A DNA stretch of 64,000 nt from Stegostoma tigrinum. Lineage: Eukaryota. The notes beneath the pieces were generated by a model that had not been told where the DNA came from, ran no database searches, and saw only the letters and a program-made list of their open reading frames with translations. This document shows, in pieces, positions 38,620 through 52,007 of the stretch. Positions within the stretch are counted from its first letter, which is position 1. Each line of letters opens with the position of its first letter. The stretch lies in assembly GCF_030684315.1 (NCBI RefSeq), contig NC_081396.1, positions 1,116,001 to 1,180,000 on the forward strand, read 5' to 3'. The translations under genes were made by a program, and so were the position numbers.

Positions 38620-39185
38620 TGAAAGAGAAAATGAAATGCTTTCCTTGATTCTCAAATTACATATACACCATGAATAGCAAGTCAAAGAATCACATTATTG
38701 TAAATAGCAGGAAGAACGCGATCAGCCTTTGATATGTCCGCCTCCTGCTTGCATTTTACTGTTCAATGAAGCCACTCCACTGCAAATTATGCAGTAATGA
38801 ATGGCATATTTCTGCGTCTATGTTTTACCTTCTACAGGCCTTCAGAATGGAGAGAAATGGGAGACTGGACTGGATGTAAATCTCCATACAACGAGTTGAT
38901 AAGCACGAGGACACATGATCAAATTTCTTGCAAGGAAAAGAATAAGCACTGCTTTCAGAGTATAACCAAATGAATGTATAGATAAGTAGGATATGAAAAA
39001 AGAACATGATATTGTGTAGTTTGCAGTGGCGACGCGGCATTGAGCAAGAAATGGAACCAGGAGGCAGACAAATGAAAGGCTGATCGTGTTCTTCCTGCTG
39101 TTTACAATAATATGGTTCTATCAATTGTTGCTTGTGACATACAGGTAAATTGAGAATTTAGGAAAGCATTGCATTTTCTCTTGCG

Positions 39186-39265
39186 GGGTTTTAGAAAGGT
39201 CTGAATCTGATCTGTCTCACTGTCATCGTGTACAAGAATATGTCACAGTGTCTGACATTCAGCCC
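39186..39265 (-). pseudogene. Orphan IgH-like V 3' end (FR3 tail + degenerate 23-RSS), inverted copy of the 38541 segment
   Basis: MSDTVTYSCTR + GACAGTG (39224-39218)-23-CTAAAACCC (39194-39186). Confidence 0.72.
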
Positions 39266-41469
39266 CGAGAAAGAGCTATGGATCTGGGAATGTCCTGCAA
39301 CCAGGAATCTCATGGGTATGTAGAATCAATATTTGAAAACGTGGCTTTTTTCTGTAACGTTGCATGGCACAATAAATATCGAGGACTAGTCTAAAGTCCC
39401 GCAGCAAGCAATGATATATTGGTGTTTCAGAAGCTTTCTGTTCTAATTCATTCGTGTGACTTAGGGCTTGCTGTCTATGCCATCATATTATTGCTGCTTG
39501 ATACTACTTGCTCTGGAGAAGGTGGTGATGGGATATATTCTTGACCAGCTTCAGTTCTGAGACTGCAAAAACACTGAGAGTGTTTTTAAGGGGGAAAGTC
39601 TTGGATTTTGATCCCGTGACTGGTTGAAGGATTTTCTTTTACCTTTTGTTATATACAGGATATGGTGGTCATTGGTTAGCCAGCACTTATCATCTACCCT
39701 GAATTAACCAGAGGGTTGTTAACAGTCAAACACATCACCGTATGTCTGACGAAATATGTAAGCCAGACCTGATACAGAAAAATTTCATTCCCTGAAGGAC
39801 ATTCGAGAATGAAATGGCTTATCACAATAATCATCAATAGTTATTATTTGTCCCTTAGTGAATTAAAATTCGGATATTTCATAGCAATATTAAAAGTTGG
39901 TTTCTGAGAACATGGGCCATGCATCCCGCTTCTTTGGATTGACAGGCTATAGTGATAACGCCACTCACCATCACCTCCTGTTCACGTGCCTGGAAGTTGA
40001 GTAGGCGAGATGGGAAATTGCAGGTTGTGGTTCTTCTAATGCATCTGATGCCCTTGTATTTTCAGAGGATAGATGACACTGGTTCAGAACGTACTGCCTA
40101 AGAAGCCGAATGTTCGAACAACTGCGAATTTTGTAGACGATGCACAATGCAACGGCTGACATTAGCCCTGTAGAGGGGCGCACAGAGCTTCACTAGAATT
40201 CTGTCTGGAAAGAAAGGCTGCAGCTATGTGGCAAGATTGGAGAAACCCGCAGTCTTCTACATGGAGAACAGAGGGCTACTTTTAGTACTCTTTAAGTACT
40301 GGATATTTGGATAAGTAAATTGTCTTTGTTTGCACAGCTTTTTAGATCATACCGATGGATTGTTTGTCTGAAATCGATGTCTAGTCTCAAGAGACTTTCT
40401 GCCAATTCAAAGGAAGGTTGTGGTGCAGCACTGTCTTATTGCGAGCGTTGGCAAAGTGCATATATTCCTAACGGTTCGTGCAACAAGTCAGCATTGGGTG
40501 GCAGTTCAATGTTCCATGCTGGAGCTATTTTTAGGAAGTGTTTCATTCAGAAATAGCAGCATTAGATGACAACTCCGCTCTAAAGCCGTTTCCCCACCAA
40601 CTCCAAGAACAACAGTTATTTTTCGGGTCTAAAAGGTACATCAAAATTATAAGCAGGTCATTCACCCCTTTGTGTCTGCTCCACCAATTTGTATCGTCAA
40701 GGCCGATCCATTACCTCAATACTTAATTCCCAGTCTCTGCCCATAATCCTTGCTGCCTTTCAAATCTGCTATAAATTTTAAATTCCACTTTTCTGCCCAG
40801 TTGTACTTGCTTATCCATTCAACTTGTGTGAATCAACCTGAAGCCTCCTTGCATCATCCTCATAATCCCAACCAATTGTTTGGCGTCAAAAAACTGAGAA
40901 ATGGGTCATATTGATTTGCTCATCACTATCAGTTCTTTATATCATAAATATTGGGAGGCCCAAACATTGATCTTTGCATCATTGAACATGTAAATGCCTG
41001 CCGTATGGGGAAAAACATTTTATTCATAATTTCTGTTTTCTGCCTGTCAAATAATTGACGATGCACGCAAATGCATCATCCTTTGGATGAAGATTTGTTG
41101 CTAGGTGCTGGTTACATCTATAATACATCATACTGAATCTGGTGTGCTTTAATTTTGCCCAATAAGACAATCTCCTTGGTGGGACTTTATCTAGCCTTTC
41201 TGTGAATCAAAACATGCCACATCCTCCAGCTCTCTCATATCTATTCTACCAGATACATCCTGAGAAATGCAGTAAATTTGTTAAGCAGTTTACAACTATA
41301 AACTTTGTGACTTGTTTCAAACCATTTTCAAAATAGAATGCCATTTCACTGTCCTCGGAGATGCGAGAATATAATCGAGGATGACACAGGAACAGCTTAT
41401 ATTAAAAGAAAGCTAATATGAATTAAAAATAAGTCACTGACAGGATTCTGGCAGAGCTTCAATTTTCGG

Positions 41470-41903
41470 TTTCCATTTGACAGTTAGATATGCACCAGTG
41501 ATCTGAATATTTCAGAGTGCAGGCTGAGGAGAATTCAAGGCTGGAACGTCTCCAGAGAGGTGATTATCAACGATATTTACCGACTTTACAATATGTATCT
41601 TTGCTCAGAAAATACTTACGTTGCGTGACTGGAGCTGTCTTTGCCAAAATCATGTTTAGCTTCCATATACAAGATCATAAGTATATCCCGGAGTCATCAT
41701 GAATCTTTGTGTCTGAATATCTGAGGAGAATGTCTGAGTTACAGAATTTCACTGACTCGGGTCTGAAAAGCAAAGTGATAAGCATTCTTAAAATGTAAAA
41801 CAAGCGTCTGTTTAAAATATGCTTTGAAAAATAGTGGTGTATTTCCTCTGCATTGAGCTTTTCGAAGTTCTTCACAAACAAACAAAATGCTGAGTATTCA
41901 CAT
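41470..41903 (-). pseudogene. TCR alpha/delta-type V pseudogene (degenerate)
   Basis: Leader ATG TGA ATA CTC AGC ATT.. at 41903; acceptor tttcag; exon from 41762 reads DPSQ*NSVTQTFSSDIQT..YTYD..FWQRQ; 3' end eroded, no RSS. Confidence 0.8.
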
Positions 41904-44900
41904 TGATGCTCTCCTCTGTGTAACAGGATAGTTAGATAGTTGAAGGCTCCCCTTCTGAAATCCAAACATCAGTAAACTGCGAGACAGTAAGAAGAGCAGA
42001 AACTGGAGTCAGAGACAACAAAGTGTGGAGCCGAAAGCCAACATCAGAGGAATAGGTAAGCTGATGTTTTGGGTCGGGACCTTGCTTCAGAAATCAGTGC
42101 TGTCGTGTTTCTGGTTTCATCCACCTCACTGCTTTGTGTGGGCAGTGGTGCACTGAGGAAGGTGAGGAGAACAGACTCTCGCTGAACTGAGGAAACCCAC
42201 CATGGATTACAGTCACTCTCCTCAAAGCGTAGCTGCAACATTCTAATATGCAGGTTTTCCATCCATGATGAGCAACTCCCAGACTCCCAGCACACTTACT
42301 CTCACGATTCTTTTCCGTGTACTGCTGCACTAATTTGCTGCATTCTGTGTAGATACCAAGTTAATAGGGGTCACCAAATTGCCAACATAAGTACCCCGGA
42401 GAATTTCTCCTCATCTGAAAATCCATGTCGTCCCACAATATGTCTACTCTCAAAGTATTGTACTTTAAATCGCAAGTCCTGCAACATTGAAGTTTGTCTC
42501 AAACCTATCTCCCTGTTTCTCTGATATCACTTTTGCCACTTTCTCATTTAGCCTGGACTTCCATCCTGCTTTTCCATACTCTGGCTGAAGATTATCAAAC
42601 TTTCTTTGCTGATTCTTTGCATCATTCCAGTCCAGAAGAAAGAAACAATAGCCCGTTTTGATTTTTAAGAGATAGCCTTGCTATTGCATACTTCACTACA
42701 ACAGAGAACATAAGCTTTTGAACTGAGCAGCCAGATGGACCTTCTCACAAAATGTAAGTTAAACTAAAACGTTATCTGTTTCTCTGTGAGACCAGACCCT
42801 GCCCACTCATTATTCTTTTGCCTCTCGTTAAAAATAAAACACAGGAAAATTTCAAAAATTGATTCCAAACTGCCTGTCTGAAGGTGACGCTGAAACACTA
42901 CCGTGGTCACAACAATTACAAGAGAAACAGCACAAAACACATATTTCTTAAATGCACAGGACCTTCACATCATGGGCCATTTAATTTCGCTGGTGAACAC
43001 TTCAATGAAAAAGCCTTATCTTTTGCCTTTCATTATACTTTGTCTACATCACCGTATTCCTTCTCAGCTTATATATGAGCATGTGGTCTGAGCTCTGAGT
43101 ATCATTTCTCCCACTGTCCACTTTATTTCCTGTCTTCTCCTACATTTTCTCAGTATCAATTCATTTCTTCTAAAAGGAAAGGAATTATAAAGAAAATCAG
43201 AACATGCAGCTTGCTCACTTAACATTTGTAATTGGGAAGATTCTGGTGTTTAGAAAAGGATACAATAATAGCAAAATTGTAAAAGTAATGATGCACTGGG
43301 TCAGTTGGCTGTAGGGATGCTTCAAAAATCAGGGTGATGGAAACAACGCAGGTACAGTTCCGGTGTTATCTGAGAGCACAATGGGAACCCTACCTTCTGA
43401 ACCTCACTCGTTGTCTAATATCTGCAACCATCAGTTTAAAGTATTTTAATCAACATGTTTAGATTGCAATGACAAAACTCTGGGGAAGGTGAGACTTAAA
43501 CCCATGCCCCTTGGTCGATGGATATGAAAACTGTCACTTTGCCACAAAGGCCACCCTAATCCTCAATTTCAAGCAAAAACAACGTTCCTGATGGGAAAGC
43601 AATCCTCTGCATCCACAGCAATTATACTTTTGTAGAAAATAATGAGACAAATGCAGTATGGTTTCATGAAGGCGAAATGCTGCCTAGCAATTTTATTCGA
43701 ATTTTTGGGGGAGAGTTCAAGCATAGTGGACAAAAGAGACTGAGAAGATCCAATATGTTTAAATTTCCAAGAAGGTATCATACCAAACATTGGCAACTTC
43801 ATATGACAGGAGTCGGTGTGTTAGGTGGTATATTAGTGCATGAGCATGGTGTACTGTTAGTTCAAAAGTGCTTAACTGTTCTGTCATGTCTAATAAAAAT
43901 GATTGGAGAGATGCACGTGAGCTTTGAATATGAAGCAAACTTATCAACAATCGACTTGATATATGTTTGAAATAAGTGCAAACCAATGAATGAATATATG
44001 ACATTAGATATGTTTGACAACGACTCTAATTGTCTTATGCCCATCAGGCATGGCTCACTATCTGCTGCCCAGCCGTGATTGTGCTTCACGACGACTGGCC
44101 TGGAGAACTCATGGTTCCTAGCATTGTTTGTGATCTCGGTCCTAAGTGAAATCCGGCGACAGAGTCCATAATATGAATCCTATTCAGATTGCATGCTATG
44201 TCGCTATTTTTTAATGGTTTCACTGTTTTTCCAAACATTTCATTGTGAAGACAATAAGTTGAAGACATCATCTATATTATCCTGTGAGAATCACACAAAG
44301 CAATGGTTCAACGTTATGTTGTTACCCAAAAGTGAATACGAACTGTTTTTACACCATGCCAGTAAATATCCACTTGTCTACAGTTTGTGCATGGTCAGGT
44401 CCATCTAAATATTAAAGATTAAGCCTTTATGGTCTGGCTTGAATACTTTATTTTCTAAGCGTATCACTGCACATGAAGAGATTATTTCTGAATTAATTGA
44501 AGGCAAAGAGTTAGGGTAAGCTATTGGGGGGCTGCGTGGTGGCGCTTTCCGGGTGATAAATTGCCATGATTAGCAATTTTTAAAAATATTACATTTACAT
44601 GACGTGGAGGTGAATGCACTTTCACCATTTGTGGATGACAATGGCTAGGGCAGCCACAAAGTGTCGACAGAAGAATGTTGGAAACTTAATCGAGGGTGCT
44701 AACAGTTCGAAGATGGGAAGTTATATCCGGAAATGTGAGATTATACATTTTGGCCAGAAGAACAGAGGAGCTGACTATAATTTAACATTGGAAAGAAGGC
44801 AAAATTAAACAATGGCACAGAAGGAACTGGCTGTCCAAGTGCATAGACCGCAATTACCTAGCATCCAAGATCAGCAAGTAATAGGGAAGGAAAATTGACT

Positions 44901-45085
44901 CCTGTTATTATTTCGCATGGAGTACAATCTGTGTTTCATTTTCGGAGCTGTACCACAAAGGCCAAATAGGTGACAACGTGACTCGATGTTAATTTGATTC
45001 CTGACATCAGGCATCACGTTGCTCTTTGCGTCTGTATCTGCCCGTGATTGCATATAAAGCTCAAGACACAGGACTTTATGTTGCC

Positions 45086-45560
45086 TATTTTTGTACGATG
45101 TTGAGCATGTCATATATCACGATGACTTTGATAACACAATAATAGATTATGGTGTCTGCGACCTGTCATCCAATATTGTTGAACCAGTGAATTTGAAGTC
45201 TGCAATAATGCACAAAAGGTAATTTTAGCAAATGCTGCTTTATCCTCAGAATATCCAGATTATTACCACAGTATAAACTTGAGCTGCGGGTATGAGTTAT
45301 GTCGGCAACAGTATAATTAATAAAAGCTTGCAGTAGTCTCAGAGGAACAGTTCAGTGTCACCACCTGTCATGTCCAAACATCTGAGGAGAGTGACTGACA
45401 AAACCCTCGTGACTCACATTTGGAAGGGGAAACAATATACATTTCAAAATGTAAGATTGGTGTCAGTTAAAATATGATTAGGTAAAGGAAAGAAAAATGG
45501 AATTTCTCACATTTATTTGTTAGGATTGCTCTGCACACAGCCTAATGCTGAGCAGATGCT
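45086..45560 (-). pseudogene. TCR alpha/delta-type V pseudogene
   Basis: VSHEGFV/QSLSSDV..VVTLNCSSETT..EDKAAFAK..DTIIYYCVIK with frameshifts; RSS CATCGTG (45124-45118)-23-ACAAAAATA (45094-45086); acceptor AG->AA; leader remnant ~45515-45560. Confidence 0.85.
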
Positions 45561-45689
45561 CTGTCCCCATCCTGTATAGAACAAAGCCGTGGAAAATTTA
45601 GTGATACCTATTCTAAAACTATGCCCTCAATACCTGCTTCCTGGTGCCTTGATGATCCCAACTCACTGTCATGCCTCAAAAGGCCATAA

Positions 45690-46070
45690 TAACATCATAA
45701 GACATAGAAGCAGAAACTAGGCCATTCAGCCCATTGAATCTGTTCTGCCATTCAATTATGGCTGATAAGTTTCTCAACCAAATTCTCCTGCGTTCTCCCC
45801 ATTACCCTTGATCCCCATCGACAACCAAAAACCTGTCTACCTCCATCTTAAATATACTCAATGCCTTGGCCTCCGTAGACGTTACTGGCAGTGAATGCCA
45901 TAGATTTACCATTCTCTGGCAGAAAACGTTTCTCCTTCTAAAATGTCTTGCCTTTACTCTAAAGCTGTGCGTTCGGGTCCTAGTCTCTCCTACCAATGGA
46001 AACATCATCCCAGCATCCACTCTGTCCAGACCATTCAATGTTCAGTAAGTTTCAAATGGATACCACCTCA
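45690..46070 (-). mobile_element. CR1-type LINE 3' fragment
   Basis: GLDRVDAGMMFPLVGETRTR..FCQRMVNLW.. Confidence 0.85.
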
Positions 46071-46084
46071 TCTTTACAAAATTC

Positions 46085-46600
46085 AATAGGGGACATTTAT
46101 TGGATGCAGAGCTGGGTTGAGAAGTGGCAGATTAACCCTCAAATGTGTGAGGCAATTCATTTTGGAAGGACAAATTTAGAAATTGAATACAGGGTTGACA
46201 GAAAGATTCTTGGCAGTGTGGAGGAGCAGAGGGATCTCGGGGTTCATATCCACAGTTCCCTGGAAGCTGTTACCCAGGTGGATAGTGTTGTTAAGAAGAT
46301 GTCAGGTATGTTAGCTTTCATTAATAGAGGGAATGAGTTCAAGAGCCGTGAAGTTACGCTCCAGTTATACAAAACCCTGAATTGGCCACATCTGGAGTAT
46401 TGTATCCAGTTCTGGTCGCCTCATTATAGGAATCATGTAGAAGCGTTGGAAAATGTGTACAGGAGACTTATCGGGATGTTGCCTGGAATTGAGGGAAGGT
46501 CTTAACGAGTAAAGGTAGAGAGAGCAAGGGCTTTTCTTTTTCGAACAATGAAGGATGAGAGGTGACTTGATAGAGGTGAACAAAATGATCAGAGGTATAA
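46085..46600 (+). mobile_element. CR1-type LINE ORF2 fragment
   Basis: CEAIHFGR..QRDLGV..PHLEYCIQFWSPHY. Confidence 0.85.
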
Positions 46601-46651
46601 CTAGCCTTGGTCTAACCAGCTTGTTACTTCCTGAAGAATTCTAACAGATTT

Positions 46652-47615
46652 AGCGAGTTTTGAGAAGATTTGTAGCTCAGGTTGAGGTTCTGGATGTGAG
46701 TTTGCTCGCTGAGATGGAAGGTTAGTTTTCAGACGTTTCGTCACCATTCTAGGTAACATCATCAGTGAGCCTCCGACGAAGCGCTGGTGTTATGCCACAC
46801 TTTCTATTTATCTGGTTAGGTTTCTTTGGGTTGGTGATTTCATTTCCTGCGTTGGTGATGTAATTTCCTGTTCTTTTTCTCAGGGGATGGCAGATTGGCT
46901 CCAAATCAATGTGTTTGTTGATGGAGTTCCGGTTGGAATGCCATGCTTCTAGGAATTCTCGTGCGTGTCTCTGTTTGGCTTGTCTTAGGATGGATGTGTT
47001 GTCCCAATCAAAGTGGTGTCCTTCCTCATCTGTATGTAAGGATACGAGTGATAGTGGGTCATGTCGTTTTGTGGCTAGTTGATGTTCATGTATTCTGGTG
47101 GCTAGCTTTCTGCCAGTTTGTCCCAGTTTGTCCCCTGTTTGTCACAGTTCTTGCAAGGTATTTTGTAGCTAACATTTGTTTTATTTGTCGTCTGTATAGG
47201 GTCTTTTAAGTTCATTAGCTGCTGTTTTAGTGTGTTGGTGGGTTTGTGGGCTACCCTGATGCCAAGAGGTCCGAGTAGTCTGGCAGTCATTTCGGAAATG
47301 TCTTTGATGTAGGGGAGAGTGGTTATGGTTTCTGAGCCCGTTTTGTCTGTTTGTTTGGGTTTATTGCTGAGGAATCGGCTGACTGTGTTCACAGGGTACC
47401 CATTCTTTGGAGCCAATCTACCATCCCCTGAGAAAAAGAACAGAAAATGACATCACCAACACAGGAAATGAAATCACCAACCCAAGGAAACCTAACCAGA
47501 TAAATAGAAAGCGGGACATAACACCAGCACTTCGTCGGAGGCTCACTGATGATGTTATCTAGAATGGTGACGAAACGTCTGAAAACTAACCTTCCAGGTC
47601 AGCGAGCAAACTCAC
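46652..47615 (-). mobile_element. 5'-truncated Penelope-like retroelement (GIY-YIG region) with inverted pseudo-LTR and 14-bp TSD
   Basis: NGYP..TLPYIKDISEMTARLL..HKPTNTL..NVSYKIPCKNCDK; 47408-47615 is an inverted copy of ~46695-46902; ATTCTAACAGATTT at 46638-46651 and 47616-47629. Confidence 0.9.
47546..47579 (+). ncRNA. Minimal hammerhead ribozyme core in the Penelope pLTR (second copy on the minus strand, 46732-46765)
   Basis: CTGATGA-T-GTTATC-tagaat-GGTGAC-GAAAC-GTC. Confidence 0.75.
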
Positions 47616-50364
47616 ATTCTAACAGATTTGTCAGATATGGATTCTCCATGACGAAGCAATGTTGTCTTTTCCCTATATTACCATGCACTTCGAAATATTC
47701 AGAAATAGCATCCTTCACAATGGACTGTAAAATACTACTGACAACCAAGGTTAGGCTCATCAGTCTGCCATTTTCCGTCTTTTGCCTTATTCCATTTTTA
47801 AAGTTTTAATATGTGTCACAGTAGCAATTCTCCAGCCCTCTGGAACCCTCTCTGACTCTTGCGATTCCTGCAAGTTCACCTCTAACGCCTCCAGATATCT
47901 TTTCCATTATCTCCTTAAAACAATCTGGAGTGTAGTCAATTTGGTCCTGGTGATATATCCACCTTCACGACATAACGTTTCTGGCATCTTCACCATGGTA
48001 AAGGGGAACCATACTAAGCTCTGCAACCAACTTTCTCGAACTTTTGGGATATTCCTCAGATCGTCCACCGTGAAGACTGATGTAAAGAAATGATTCGGAT
48101 CCTCAACCATTTCTTTGTTCCCCACTATTATCCCTCCAGAGTGATTTCCCAGCGGTCCAATGTCCACTTTTGCCTCTCTTTTTCCCTTTACACATCTAAA
48201 CAAACTCTTAAAGTCATTCTTTATATTCCTGGCTGGCTTACCCACATACTGAATCTTTTCCACCCATATTTATTTTTTCTGCCCTCTGTTGGTCTTTGTA
48301 AGTTTCTCAATCCACTCCTTTCCCACTTCCCTTCGCCACATTATATGTTTTTCCTTTTGTTTTTATGCTATGCCTGACGTCCCTAGTCAGATATGCCTGT
48401 CTCAAAGTCTCTGTACCATGTTTCTTTTTACTCGGGATGACATTTGGCTAAGTCTCCTGAAATGCCCCTAGAAATTCCTACCGTTGCTGTTCCACTGTCT
48501 TTACTGCAAAGCTCCTCACCCAGTCAAATTTGCCCAGCTCCTCCCTCATGTCTCTGTAATTGCTTTTGTTCAGCTGTAACGCCATTGCCTCTGATTCTAT
48601 CGTCTCTTTCTTAAATTGCAGAGTAAATTCAATCATATTATGATCACTGCTTCCTAAGGGTTCTTTCGCCTTATGTTCCCTTATAAGTCTGCCTTATTGT
48701 ATAACAGTAAATCGGGCATTGCTTGTTCTCTCTTGGGCTCCATCACAAGCTGCTCCAAAACGGCATCTCGTAGCCATTCCACAAATTCATTTTCTAACAA
48801 TCCCCTAACAACCTGATTTACTCAGTCCACCTGCATATTGAAATTCCCCATGATCGCTGTAACTTTGCCTTTTTTACATACCTTTGCTATCTTCTGGTGT
48901 ATCTTGTGTCCCATCTCCTGACTACTGTTTGGAGGTCATCATATAACTCCAACTAGTGCTGTTTCACCTCTGCTGTTCCTCAACTCTACCCACACATATC
49001 TGCAACATGTGACCATACTTCCTTACTTCTTATCTATATAATTTTTTTTCTTACCAATTAGGCTACCCTACCCCCTCCACCCACATGCCAATCTATTCGA
49101 TAGGATGTATATTCTTGGATATTCAGCTCCAAATCCTGATCTCCTTGCAGCCATGCCTCTGTCATGCTCACTATCTCAATCTGCGCCACAAGCTCATTAT
49201 CTTCTTACATATACTGCGTGTATTCAGATATAGCATCTTCATAACTGTAGCATCCACCCCTCTTCTCATCGTCACTTGTTTATCCAGTGTGCTTGAGGTT
49301 TGTTTCCGAACCATTTACAAACGTTTTCTCAATTTTTGTCTGAGATGGAGACATTAATTAACACTTTTGACCTCTCTCTCCCCAATTTATTTCATATTTT
49401 TCCAAAATTCCCCTACAGATGTTACCCTGTTGCTTTGTTCCTCACTGGAAGAAGTCTTACCCTACCCTCCCATCACTTTCTAGTTTGAAGCCCTGTTTAT
49501 CAGCCTATTTAACATTTCCACGAGAAAATTGGTCCCAGTTAGGTTAGGTGGAGACCATCTCAGTGGCACATTTCCTATACTGTTGGCAGTGACCCATGAA
49601 ACGGAACGCCTCTTTGCTGCAACACACCTTTCGCCAAGTGTTTGCTTTGCAAAATCTTGTACACCCATGTCAATTTACACGTGGCTCTAGCAGTAATCAG
49701 GAGAGGGCCTGCTCTTTGAATAAGTGATATAGTGAGGAAAGATGGAGGAGAGCTGACTGTCAGTTAACTAACCCTCGATGAGCCAGACTGTGGTTAGTCT
49801 CATCGAAATGGAGCCATGGGATTTCTGTAAGATTGACTTCCATCCATGATAAAAGAGTACTCAGATTTCTGGCAGCTATAGTCCCACAAGGGAACTTTTC
49901 TCTGTTCCACTATCCTGATTTAGTCCATTTTTCTCCTTAACCAGTTAATGCGTGCACACATATTGCTTCTGCACATCACTCCTGATAAATCCATGCACCG
50001 AAAATCCTGAGGCCCAAAAAATCTGGCTCCTTCCCAAATGCCCGATCTTCAAATGCAACCTTCTTCAGCACTGAACTCAATCTTAAACTTGTTGGTTACT
50101 AACTCTAATATGATTGCTGTAAGATTCTCCTGTATAACATCCATTATTTTCAATTTCTCTGTATTCAGGCACAACATAATAATTTTCCTTCCTTTTGTGC
50201 ACCTCAGAACTCTTTCTTGACATCAATGTCACTTTTCTTCATCCCATCAATGATTTAGTTTTGTTTGACTAAGCATGGAGGCCGTACAGAACAAAACCCT
50301 CTACAGATGGGAATATTTGCAGAGCAGCTGTTTCAGCCATTCTTCACTGTGCGTCTCTGTGTCC

Positions 50365-50366
<2 letters not shown>

Positions 50367-50446
<80 letters not shown>
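50367..50446 (+). repeat. (TG)n microsatellite
   Basis: Direct reading. Confidence 0.97.
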
Positions 50447-50447
<1 letters not shown>

Positions 50448-51704
50448 CTGCAATCTTCTGTGTGCTGCCTTGTCTGACTCAATGTCTTTTCGGAAACATG
50501 TTTAAAAGATGAAAATAATTCAACTCGAGTTTGGTTTCATGAGTTTAATTTATGTTCATATGCTGTGATCAGGTGAACTGGGGGGGTAAAGTGCCTTCAG
50601 AGATGATAATGAATGAATTATCCTCTGCTGGCGAACTTTCATTCTGCACAAGGGGAACTGAAACTTGTAAAGGATTCTATAAAAAAGGGCAGCAGTAGGC
50701 AGCACCATCAAACTGACAGCAGGATCACCTCACACACAAGATCTGCAAGCAGTCTTTGTTTCTCTCAATTTCCATAAGAACATGTTTTAATATTGGCTTT
50801 GATTTTCTTTCTCTTTGCTCAGATTGTCATCATTCTGAACTGCACAATATCATCTATCATAACATACAAGGGTTACAATTTACAGTTTGTTCAGAGGTCA
50901 TACTTGCACAGAAAGAGTTGTTCGTCAACCTGGGATACTTTGTACATCCTGGTCAAATCTGGCAATGTAATTGTGGTGAACATATTCCGGGCAAAAATTT
51001 GAATTGTCTTCATTATTGTTTGGACTTCAGTCTGTCGCATTCCTAACTTAGACCCATTAATATATCACAAAAGTAGATTTTCTTGTTCATGGAATAGTGC
51101 TCAGCTGTAAAGTGACATTTGATAAAATTTGCTTTACGTTCATTGCATCAAAATAATTGCCAGCATAATATATTTCTTGTAATGTTATGCTAGTGTAATT
51201 CCATCGAAGCCAGGAACCTTGAAGCCACGTCCCAAAAACTGCAGAATTGAGTAGTGAAGATTTGACAACGTATGCAAAACTGTTGCTTCCTTTTATAGAG
51301 AGTCTCAGACAAGAGGGTAGAAGTACAAACTAAGGAATCACACACCTAAGAGAGAGCTATCGAGGAATCTGTTGTCTCACAAAGTCATGACGCTGAGATA
51401 TGGAAATCCTTACTCAGCAAGTAAATCAGGAGCACTGAAGAAAAAACAGGAAAGAGGAGCTGAGAATGTGGTCAGGTGGTCAGTGATAGAATTGTCCTCT
51501 GATGTTCCTTGGTCTCCTGTGTTCATCCAGCTTCACACCGTGTTATCTCAGAATTGACTAGGAGATTGGTTACAAGCAACAATCAAGCAAGCTGGGAATT
51601 TTCGTCCAGCTATTTTAAAGTGTTAAAGGCTAAAGCTGTAGTCTGGACATATTGTGACCTGCTCAATAAGCCGTGACCCGTGCTTTCATGTGTTCAGCAG
51701 ATCT

Positions 51705-52007
51705 GGGCAGCATGGTGGTTCAGTGGTTAGCACTGCAGCCTCACAGCGCCAGGGATCCAGGTTCGATTCCTGCCTTGGGTGAGTGTCTGTGTGGAGTTTG
51801 CACATTCTCCCCGTGTCTGCGTGGGTTTCCTCCCACTGTCCAAAGAGGTACAGGTTAGGTAGATTGGCCATGCAAAATTGCCTGCAGTATTCAGGGATGT
51901 GTAGATTAGGTGGGTTATAGGGGGATGGGTCTGGGTGGGATGCTTCAAAGGGTGGTGTGGACTTGTTGAGCCGAAGGGCATATTCCCACAGTGTAGGGAA
52001 TCTAATC
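51705..52007 (+). mobile_element. HE1-like tRNA-derived SINE
   Basis: A box TGGTTCAGTGG, B box GGTTCGATTCC, core gtgtggagtttgcacattctccccgtgtctgcgtgggtttcc, tail gtagggaatctaatc. Confidence 0.9.

Larger units (their letters stand above)
46601..49690 (-). mobile_element. Degenerate CR1-type LINE (APE to RT), interrupted by a Penelope element
   Basis: KNDFKSLFRCVKGKR..FFTSVFTVDD; the RT motif CLTNLLEFF is split at 46651/47616. Confidence 0.8.

Noticed and set aside
44045-44330. Possible very old V remnant (..VEDIIY.. followed by CACAC)
   Set aside because: No convincing Cys/Trp/YYC frame or RSS; would need a profile search.
50313-50351. Orphan minus-strand RSS (CACAGTG + 23/24 + (T)GCAAATAT)
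   Set aside because: The nonamer is weak and no V coding sequence is adjacent (a TG microsatellite instead).
51705-51780. tRNA gene
   Set aside because: The A/B boxes belong to a tRNA-derived SINE head continuing into the SINE core and tail.
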